Shown: piece after piece, positions 48,614 to 56,152 of the stretch
How the letters are laid out: every line of letters begins with the position of its first letter
Position numbering within the stretch: position 1 is the first letter of the stretch
Origin: a virus
Taxonomy: Duplodnaviria > Caudoviricetes
Reading direction: 5' to 3' (one strand)
DNA: 64,000 nt
Virus record (IMG/VR): IMGVR_UViG_3300028886_000001
Notes under the pieces: generated by a model
The model's input: only the letters and a program-made list of their open reading frames with translations
Databases searched by the model: none
Told to the model about the DNA's origin: nothing
Position numbers and translations under genes: made by a program

Positions 48614-48877
48614 ATGGATTTTATATTAACTAGAAAGAGCATACTAGGCTCTGAGACAAAAGTAAAGTGCATAGATGTTATTGGACATCCTTGCAAATAT
48701 GCTGGTATAGTAGGAACTATAGTAGCATGCGACTATGAAGAAAAGGAAAATCCTGAAGAGAAGGGTAAATATGTAAATGTACATTATTGGGTACAACACT
48801 ATGTGGAAGGTAAAATAGTACCTGAAATAATAGAAGTTCCAGCTATTAATGTAGATGTAATAGAATTCTCAGATTAG
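48614..48877 (+). CDS. Small hypothetical protein (SH3/KOW-like)
   Basis: YAGIVGTIV pattern. Confidence 0.6.
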   Translation: MDFILTRKSILGSETKVKCIDVIGHPCKYAGIVGTIVACDYEEKENPEEKGKYVNVHYWVQHYVEGKIVPEIIEVPAINVDVIEFSD

Positions 48878-48907
48878 CAACCATTAGTAAAGGAGGAATA
48901 TGGTTAT

Positions 48908-49957
48908 ATGGCTAGTGAAATATATCAAAAGATGAAAGAACTATTACTTCATATTCCTTCTGCTAGGATTGCTTCTGGAGGAAGAGAAGTAGTTATTAGA
49001 TGTATGTACTGTGGAGATTCTAAGAAGAATAGAAGCAGTGCTCATCTATATATAAAATTACCAATAGACAATGACATTATGGTATTTAACTGTGTTAAAT
49101 GTCATACATGTGGTATTGTCACAGCAGAAAGAATACAAGAATGGTGTAACAATATAGATCCACAAGATTTAATAGATGTTTCACTTTATAATAAGAAAGT
49201 ATCTTCATTATCTAAGAACAAGAAGTACTTAGATAAAAAAGTGTATAGATTAAGTAATGATTATGTAACCAAGAATAAATTAAGTGAGATTAAATTAAAA
49301 TATATAAATGGTAGATTAGGACTTAATCTATCCTATGAAGATATTTTAAGTAAGAAGATCATACTAAGTCTAAAAGATCTTCTATCGAGTAATGGAATAA
49401 CACAGTATACTAGATATGATAATATAATGGAAGAACTCGATAGATATTTTATCGGGTTTATCTCTCAAGATAATGCATTTGTAAATATGCGTAATCTTTG
49501 GGAAGATAAAATTTCTTATGAATCCATAAGAAGACGTTATATTAATTATAATATATTCAATAAATTTAATAATCTATTGAAATATTATACACTTCCAACT
49601 AATGTAGATTTATCAAGACCAGAGCCTCTGAAAATTCATATGGCTGAAGGTGCTTTTGATATATTGTCTATATATTATAATCTTAGAAAAGAAGATATAA
49701 ATAATGTATACACAGCTATACTTGGAAGTGGGTATGTTAATATACTTAAACATTTTATTAATGGTATGGGATTTATTAATATGGAAGTACATGTATATAT
49801 GGATACAGATATTTCTAATTCAGTAATATATGAACTTAGAGATATATGTGAAGTATTTATGCTTCCATTATATATACATAAGAATATGTATCCAAATGAA
49901 AAAGACTTTGGAGTTCCAATATCAAGAATAAACGAATCGATACAAAGGATTATATAA
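48908..49957 (+). CDS. DnaG-type DNA primase
   Basis: Zn ribbon RCMYCGDS...FNCVKC; TOPRIM AEGAFD, MDTD, KDFG. Confidence 0.8.
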   Translation: MASEIYQKMKELLLHIPSARIASGGREVVIRCMYCGDSKKNRSSAHLYIKLPIDNDIMVFNCVKCHTCGIVTAERIQEWCNNIDPQDLIDVSLYNKKVSSLSKNKKYLDKKVYRLSNDYVTKNKLSEIKLKYINGRLGLNLSYEDILSKKIILSLKDLLSSNGITQYTRYDNIMEELDRYFIGFISQDNAFVNMRNLWEDKISYESIRRRYINYNIFNKFNNLLKYYTLPTNVDLSRPEPLKIHMAEGAFDILSIYYNLRKEDINNVYTAILGSGYVNILKHFINGMGFINMEVHVYMDTDISNSVIYELRDICEVFMLPLYIHKNMYPNEKDFGVPISRINESIQRII

Positions 49958-49997
49958 TCCTTTGTATTTTTATTTTTTATCTAAAGGAGGTAAAGAT

Positions 49998-51212
49998 ATG
50001 GCTGGTAAATTTATAAATACTAATCATCAAGAAACTATAGAGAATCTTATAAAAAGTCAAGTAGATCAATATAGAGCTCCATATTATAAACACCAAGACA
50101 AGCAATGCATATATGCTACTTATTATAATCAAAACTTAGATATGTCTACTCAAGATGAAGGTAGTGCATTACAAAATCAATTCATTGGTAGTGAGAGCCC
50201 ATTAAGATTTAATAAGATATATAACTTTTGTATGCTTGGAATGGAGAAAATATCTGCAGCATTAGAGAATGGTGAATATGGATTAGAATCATCTCCTATA
50301 GAAGGGGATTTAATAGTTATGCCTGATACTATTATACCTGTAGCTAATGATTATTTTATTATAGACCATGTACAACAGCATAAAGAACAAAAGAAGTTAA
50401 TATTTAAAGTAACACAAGTAGATGCTGATTCTCTAGATGATGGTTCTAGAGAATTCAAAGTTAGTTATAAACTAGATAGAGTTGGAGAAGAAGAAATAGA
50501 CAGACAAGTAGTAGAAGAGTATACTATGATTATAGATAATAATGAAACTCAATATAAATCTATAATAAAGAAAGTAGACTATGACTTAGTAAATGATTTA
50601 GGTGGTTTATGTAGAAATCTATGTAAATATTATAAGTCTCTATTCTATTCCCCTAGAGTAGATACATTTATATTTAGACATAATGGATATAATATGTATG
50701 ATCCTTATATGATAGAATTCTTAATAAGAAATGAAGTATTATCTTATGATGATGATTATCTATTCATAAATCATAAGTGTTCTAAACTTGCTACATTTCC
50801 TCTAGACTATAATAAGACTATATTTGCATTCTTAGAAGATAAAAATAGAAAGGGTAATCCTTTGATATATAGTCAAGGATTTCCTATATTAGAACCTTTA
50901 TCCGTATTTGATTGTAGAATGGAGCCTTATTTTAAGATAGAATATTGTAATGAAGTATTCGATAGAGGTAGAGGAATAATAAATAATTTCAATGAAGAAT
51001 TATTTGAAAGATGTAATACTAATACTTATTATTTAGAAGAAAAAGATAGGTATAAAAATGTGATAATACGTTACTTTAACAATGGCAAAATTGGAAAAGA
51101 TGATATATTAGATATAGAGTCCATGCAGTATAGTAATGATATTGAATTTTTTTATAATATCCCGATAATAATATACATATTAGGATTAAAAGTCGCAGAA
51201 TTAATGAAATAA
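49998..51212 (+). CDS. Probable virion structural (head-tail joining) protein
   Basis: Start MAGKF behind AAGGAGGT; TYYNQN...SPLRFNKI...TIIPVANDYF pattern. Confidence 0.5.
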   Translation: MAGKFINTNHQETIENLIKSQVDQYRAPYYKHQDKQCIYATYYNQNLDMSTQDEGSALQNQFIGSESPLRFNKIYNFCMLGMEKISAALENGEYGLESSPIEGDLIVMPDTIIPVANDYFIIDHVQQHKEQKKLIFKVTQVDADSLDDGSREFKVSYKLDRVGEEEIDRQVVEEYTMIIDNNETQYKSIIKKVDYDLVNDLGGLCRNLCKYYKSLFYSPRVDTFIFRHNGYNMYDPYMIEFLIRNEVLSYDDDYLFINHKCSKLATFPLDYNKTIFAFLEDKNRKGNPLIYSQGFPILEPLSVFDCRMEPYFKIEYCNEVFDRGRGIINNFNEELFERCNTNTYYLEEKDRYKNVIIRYFNNGKIGKDDILDIESMQYSNDIEFFYNIPIIIYILGLKVAELMK

Positions 51213-51253
51213 CATATAGATAAAATTCTTATTAAAAAGGAGGAATTTAAGCC

Positions 51254-51379
51254 ATGATTGAAACACTAGATGATATAGCATATTTAGATCTTGTTGCAGA
51301 AGATGTAGAATATGCTATGGATATGAATTTTGGTATTATAGATGTAATAGCTGGAGAGGAGGAAGTTATAGATGTATAA
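51254..51379 (+). CDS. Tiny hyper-acidic protein (41 aa)
   Basis: Not in ORF track. AAGGAGG SD, late motif at 51211-51222, overlaps start of next gene; 13 D/E and no K/R. Confidence 0.7.
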   Translation: MIETLDDIAYLDLVAEDVEYAMDMNFGIIDVIAGEEEVIDV

Positions 51380-51740
51380 AATAGTAAATATTAAAACAAC
51401 AAGACCAATTAGAACAATAAGACCTGCTATACTTCAATCAGTAGAAGGTATAAAATTAACAGTAGGTGATATTAGAAGAGTAATATACTCTAGAGCTTTA
51501 GTAGATGAAGTATTATCAGATGGATCTACTGTAAGACTTACTTTAGATAACTATGATAAAGTAAATGAAAAAATAAAAGCACCTGTTAAGAAAGAAGAAG
51601 AACCAAAATTTGAAATGCCAGAAGAGGAACCAAAGGTAGAACAACCTAAGGAAGAAAAGAAACCACAAGTTTCTAATAAGCAAGAAGTTAAGCAAAATAA
51701 TAACCAAAATAACAACAATAAAAAAAATAAAGAGAGATAG
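51372..51740 (+). CDS. Hypothetical protein with low-complexity tail
   Basis: VDEVLSDGSTVRLTLDNY domain plus E/K/P/N tail. Confidence 0.7.
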   Translation: MYKIVNIKTTRPIRTIRPAILQSVEGIKLTVGDIRRVIYSRALVDEVLSDGSTVRLTLDNYDKVNEKIKAPVKKEEEPKFEMPEEEPKVEQPKEEKKPQVSNKQEVKQNNNQNNNNKKNKER

Positions 51741-51761
51741 GTTAAATCCTATCTCTCTTTT
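51729..51761. terminator. Bidirectional intrinsic terminator
   Basis: AAAGAGAGATAGG-N6-CCTATCTCTCTTT with A and T tracts. Confidence 0.8.
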
Positions 51762-51866
51762 CTATGTATTTTTAATGTCTCACTCCGATTGTTTCACCCA
51801 TTTTGGTCACCTCCAATCGGATATATTTTTATCAAATGTTTCACTTCCTTTCTTCTTATGTATTCT
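51762..51866 (-). ncRNA. Candidate small RNA or micropeptide transcript
   Basis: Between minus-strand early promoter and terminator; four GG-(A/AA/AG/-)-GTGA repeats and TCCGATTG/CAATCGGA stem. Confidence 0.45.
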
Positions 51867-51872
51867 ACTATT

Positions 51873-51884
51873 ATAATATATAAT
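51873..51884 (-). promoter_or_regulatory. Putative early promoter
   Basis: ATTATATATTAT on the minus strand. Confidence 0.65.
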
Positions 51885-51942
51885 TATAATATCTTAGTTT
51901 TTCATATAAGAAAAGAGAAGGATAATATCCTTCTCTTATTTT

Positions 51943-53625
51943 TTAGAATTCTGGTACTCCTAATTGCTTCTCTGTTTCTGGTAATGCTAAAGTTAATGCA
52001 TATGCAGATTCTATAGCTTCTTTAGCAGATGTTCTTATATTCATGCCTCCTAAAGATACATAATGTGCTTTAGAGTTAGAATATTCTTTAAGTTCAGCAT
52101 TAGATTCATCAGTAAATGCTATCTTAGCTGTACATTGGTCTCCGTCATAGTCTCCTCCGATACCTTCTAGATATAGATTACATATTCTTAATGTATCTAC
52201 AAAAGAACTACTTGTATTAGTTCTTATATCTTCTTGCCTTATCTTTGGATAAAACTTATAATATTCATTACCTATAACCATAGGTTCTGTTTCTACAGTA
52301 GATGATACTTCTACTAATGTAGGGAATTGGTTAAAGTATGTATCCATAGGATAACGTGTGATTAATACATATTTGCCTTTTACAGCTTCTTTAGCAGCCC
52401 TAAATATTAAATCACACCAAGTTAAATCTCTATCTACTATACTGCTTTTACCTGTTAATTCTTTATCTAATTTTTCTGCATCACTTACATCTAATTCATT
52501 TAATCTTTCATTAATATGTCTTCCAACAAATCTCATATGTATTTTATACCCTTCTACAGATTCAACCTCTACTGGAATAAATCTATTAGAATAGCCATGG
52601 CAAAATCTATCTATTTCTTTTTTCAATCTAGCATCTGAGAATTGTTCTAATGGATCTTTTATTTGAACATTCTTTATACTTCCATCTTTATCTATCATTG
52701 GATACGATGCAGTACCTGAAAATTCATTTTCAAAGAAACGTCTTAAATAGAATATAATAAATGGGTATACATTACTACATAAAGATGCCAATGGTACAGC
52801 AGAATAGTCTAAGTTAACCATCATATCATCTACATGCTCTACTCTTAAATCTGGAGCAGATAGTACTAATCTAGATGCATAATCTGCTGTCTTAGACATA
52901 TTAGCTCTTCTTAATATACCATATTTCTTAGACATACCAGTACCATTCGAATCAGCATTTCCTGGCATTGAACCATCTACAAACCATTGATATATAGCAA
53001 GTAATGTTTCTTGTATTCTTCCATTAGTAGCATCTGATAAAGATATACCAAAGTCTTGTGTTTCTTTTTTACTCTTTACAGCCATTATAAGATTATCATA
53101 TAATTTATTTACATCTCCTAGAGAAACATAATGTCCATTATTGTTTACATCTCTATAATATGCTGGGATTACTATCATCTGTTTAATAAATAGCTTATCT
53201 CTAAATTTATTTAGATAAGCAACTTTATCATTATTCTTTATAGATGTAGTAGTCTTAAACTTAATCTTGTCTATATTTTGCTTTAAGAAGTTAATACCTG
53301 TTTTACCGTTCTCATCATCTACTATATTTCCTTTAGCATCTAATGACACCATTCTTTTACCATGAACTATATCTCTTACTCTTCCATCTATCGAATTCCA
53401 TATCTTATATGCAAATGGATGTAAGAACCAATCTGATAAATCTATATAAGCAAATATATTAGCTCTCTCTTCTTTAGTAATACCAAATATTTCATTAGAT
53501 AATAAACCATCATCAGTTGGTATTCCAGTAGAAGAGAAGTATATAGAATTTGTAATCTCCTTTAAATCATTAACCTTTATCAACTTATCTGGTTCTAAAG
53601 GTTCTATTTCTAAATATCTATCCAT
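51943..53625 (-). CDS. Multisubunit RNA polymerase beta-prime N-terminal catalytic subunit (probable virion RNAP)
   Basis: DGLLSNEIFG, VIPAYYRD, KYGILRRANMSKTADYASRLVL, ITRYP, catalytic GGDYDGDQ; late motif at 53642-53653. Confidence 0.9.
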   Translation of the reverse strand: MDRYLEIEPLEPDKLIKVNDLKEITNSIYFSSTGIPTDDGLLSNEIFGITKEERANIFAYIDLSDWFLHPFAYKIWNSIDGRVRDIVHGKRMVSLDAKGNIVDDENGKTGINFLKQNIDKIKFKTTTSIKNNDKVAYLNKFRDKLFIKQMIVIPAYYRDVNNNGHYVSLGDVNKLYDNLIMAVKSKKETQDFGISLSDATNGRIQETLLAIYQWFVDGSMPGNADSNGTGMSKKYGILRRANMSKTADYASRLVLSAPDLRVEHVDDMMVNLDYSAVPLASLCSNVYPFIIFYLRRFFENEFSGTASYPMIDKDGSIKNVQIKDPLEQFSDARLKKEIDRFCHGYSNRFIPVEVESVEGYKIHMRFVGRHINERLNELDVSDAEKLDKELTGKSSIVDRDLTWCDLIFRAAKEAVKGKYVLITRYPMDTYFNQFPTLVEVSSTVETEPMVIGNEYYKFYPKIRQEDIRTNTSSSFVDTLRICNLYLEGIGGDYDGDQCTAKIAFTDESNAELKEYSNSKAHYVSLGGMNIRTSAKEAIESAYALTLALPETEKQLGVPEF

Positions 53626-53675
53626 ATTATAACCTCCTTTTTAATAAAATGTTTAGGATAGATAGCATTTGCTAT

Positions 53676-53972
53676 CTATCCTAGTGTATTGTATTTTTCA
53701 CTTAATATTACATTCATAGTACTATCTACTATTGGTATAAATTGTATTGAGAATGTTATACCATATCTCGTATCTTCTACTCTTCTAAAGTCTTCTATGT
53801 ATTTAAACATAGCTTCTGGTGTTTCAAAACTTACATAATAATTCATTGGCGTATTCATTGTAATAGTGGTTTCTTCATAATTCCCGAATAAATCATACAT
53901 AACCATACCTTCAACAAAACAGTTCACTATTTCTTTTCCATAGTGTTTTTTAAAAAAGTCTTCTGTTGTCAT
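53676..53972 (-). CDS. Hypothetical protein
   Basis: 98 aa, ATGA overlap with upstream ORF. Confidence 0.7.
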   Translation of the reverse strand: MTTEDFFKKHYGKEIVNCFVEGMVMYDLFGNYEETTITMNTPMNYYVSFETPEAMFKYIEDFRRVEDTRYGITFSIQFIPIVDSTMNVILSEKYNTLG

Positions 53973-54148
53973 CTAGACATTGCCTCCTCTATTTGTTCTG
54001 CTGATTTTTTGGCTGCTATTTCTTTTTTACCATCATCTGACTCTAGCTTCTTGAATAGTTCTACATATAAGAAGTGGAATACTCTATATGGTATCTTATA
54101 CATTATATCATATAGCATAATCCTCCCCTTATAGTAGTCAGTAAACAT
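53969..54148 (-). CDS. Small ORF downstream of tail/baseplate assembly chaperone (possible frameshift extension)
   Basis: Not in ORF track. MFTDYYKGRIMLYDIMYKIPYRVFHFLYVELFKKLESDDGKKEIAAKKSAEQIEEAMSR; frame stays open into upstream gene. Confidence 0.65.
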   Translation of the reverse strand: MFTDYYKGRIMLYDIMYKIPYRVFHFLYVELFKKLESDDGKKEIAAKKSAEQIEEAMSR

Positions 54149-54150
54149 TT

Positions 54151-55644
54151 CTATTCTTGAGAGGTAGTCGCCAAAACTGCCAGCTGATGTCTGGTAAAAA
54201 GCATTTCTTGTGGTGACATTGCAGTTTCTGGTATAACTTTCTTACACTTAGCACATGTAGCTTCTGGTAATACATATGTCAAGTCTGATGATGCTGAATC
54301 ATCTAATTTATTTATATAAGCTTGTAATTGACCAAATTGATCTGAAGTTAATGTCTTTAATATTTTAGAGTATGTAACAATCTTACTCTTTAAAGTTTTA
54401 ACTTCATTATTTGGATATGTCTTAGCTTCTATTGGCACTAATGTTTGAGCATTTTGATCTATAACGTATAGAGAATCTATAAATACCATTAATGCTAGCA
54501 TATCTTGATATTTATTAGTAAACTTCTCATCTAAGATACTATTTTCAAATAGCATATTATATAGAGAAGGTTCTCTTAATGCTACAGCATATTTATCACT
54601 TAAAGGAACTATTTCTACATTGAATGTAGCATCTTCTTTAGATATTTTAGATCCGTCAAGGATATCTTTAACTCTTTGCTTTACTTTATCATTCTTATAT
54701 TTAACCATCTTTTCAAATGGAATATCATCTGATATTGTAACTTTATCACACTTAGAATCTGTACAAGAATAAGGAACAAAGTTAGAACCAGAGAAACAAG
54801 ACATATATATTCCAAACCATATATGATCTAAATCATAATAGTTTGTAGTTCTAAGCCAAGTTTCAAACACATCTGGTTTATCTTCACTTGTAATATGATC
54901 ATATATAAGCTTATATATTTGCTTTAGAGCTTGTCTTCTGCTTGTATTATAAGTTCTTATATTTAACTTTTCTATTTCATATCCAGCAAATTCTGAATAA
55001 CAAGCTGACTTGCCTGAATGATATAGTACCCATTCTGCTATAGTAGATTTCTTCTCTGGAGCAGATAATGCACTAGACATAGATACTGCTTTCTTAGATA
55101 TTGTAAAAGAAGATATATCAAAAGCTTTAGCTATTGGTTTAATCTTACTTCTGATTTGTAATTGCATATCCTTTAAAGATTTATCTCTTGAATCATCTTC
55201 TTCTTCATCTTCTTCTAATTCTTTAAAGTCTTCATCATCTAAATCTAATGATGTTTTTTCTATTACTTCTTCTTTAGTATGAATAGATATATCATCATCA
55301 TATTCATCATTAGATACTGTTTCTACAGTCTTATGTGTTTCTTCTGTATTTGTATTATCATCAGTATCTTCTCCATCTATTTCTGCTTCAAGATCCATCA
55401 TAGCTTTTTTATCTCTTAAATATTTTTGATTTAGTTCTTCTTCCATTTTAATTCTAGCTAGTTGTCCTTGTAGAGCATCCATTGGATTACCATCAGCGTG
55501 ATATGCATCTAATGGATCTTTCTTTGGAGCTTCTTTTCTTGGTGGAACTATTGAAGATATACTTACTTCTTTTGGTTCACTTTGATTAGACTTTGCATTT
55601 TTTAAGTCATTGATTGAAATATTATTTGTTGTATTATCTGACAT
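54151..55644 (-). CDS. Baseplate hub/tail assembly chaperone (T4 gp26/gp51-like) with acidic N-terminal extension
   Basis: YSCTDSKC and ATCAKC Zn motifs, LREPSL, C-terminal MLFTR; next to gp25-like gene. Confidence 0.6.
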   Translation of the reverse strand: MSDNTTNNISINDLKNAKSNQSEPKEVSISSIVPPRKEAPKKDPLDAYHADGNPMDALQGQLARIKMEEELNQKYLRDKKAMMDLEAEIDGEDTDDNTNTEETHKTVETVSNDEYDDDISIHTKEEVIEKTSLDLDDEDFKELEEDEEEDDSRDKSLKDMQLQIRSKIKPIAKAFDISSFTISKKAVSMSSALSAPEKKSTIAEWVLYHSGKSACYSEFAGYEIEKLNIRTYNTSRRQALKQIYKLIYDHITSEDKPDVFETWLRTTNYYDLDHIWFGIYMSCFSGSNFVPYSCTDSKCDKVTISDDIPFEKMVKYKNDKVKQRVKDILDGSKISKEDATFNVEIVPLSDKYAVALREPSLYNMLFENSILDEKFTNKYQDMLALMVFIDSLYVIDQNAQTLVPIEAKTYPNNEVKTLKSKIVTYSKILKTLTSDQFGQLQAYINKLDDSASSDLTYVLPEATCAKCKKVIPETAMSPQEMLFTRHQLAVLATTSQE

Positions 55645-55658
55645 TTAAGTTGCCTCCT

Positions 55659-56027
55659 TTATAAATCTGATAATTTTAATGTAGTACCATCTGATACAAA
55701 AGAATAAACCATTGTAGTAGATGATATAGTTATAAATACAACTTTGTTATTTAGACTATCAGTTCCCATTTTACATTTTACTGAGCTTAAAAGGAATTCA
55801 GGATAATAGTCTGTTATCTGTTGTTCTATGGTAGATTCTAGATCCATAAGCATATTGTCTCCAGAATATCTCCATCTAGTATTAATACCCACACCCATAT
55901 CAGGATGATTTGGATAAGTGCCAGGTTCTAATAATATAAGCCTGGTTAAAAATAAGCATTCTGCTTCGTATCCGTCGAGATGTGCAGGTTCGTTAAAGTT
56001 ATTTGTACTCATTAAATATTCTCTCAT
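55659..56027 (-). CDS. Baseplate wedge protein (gp25-like)
   Basis: LILLEPGTYPNHPDMGVGI...IEQQITDYYP; late motif at 56054-56065. Confidence 0.75.
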   Translation of the reverse strand: MREYLMSTNNFNEPAHLDGYEAECLFLTRLILLEPGTYPNHPDMGVGINTRWRYSGDNMLMDLESTIEQQITDYYPEFLLSSVKCKMGTDSLNNKVVFITISSTTMVYSFVSDGTTLKLSDL

Positions 56028-56115
56028 TCTATTTAACCCCCTTTGTATTCGACTATTATTTTGTTTAATGTATTTTTTTATACTTTAATTCATTTACATA
56101 AGTTAAAATAACAAA

Positions 56116-56127
56116 AACATCTAATTA
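56116..56127 (+). promoter_or_regulatory. Putative late promoter AACA-N6-TA
   Basis: AACA-TCTAAT-TA, same as the 16195 copy. Confidence 0.65.
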
Positions 56128-56152
56128 AATTGATATAAGGAGGTAATATATT

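Noticed and set aside
51789-52016. 75-aa plus-strand ORF
   Set aside because: No SD, crosses a terminator and overlaps the RNAP gene antisense
21716-53625. Group I introns or inteins in RNAP, helicase or primase genes, as in AR9
   Set aside because: Conserved motifs are contiguous; no intein termini or interrupted frames seen
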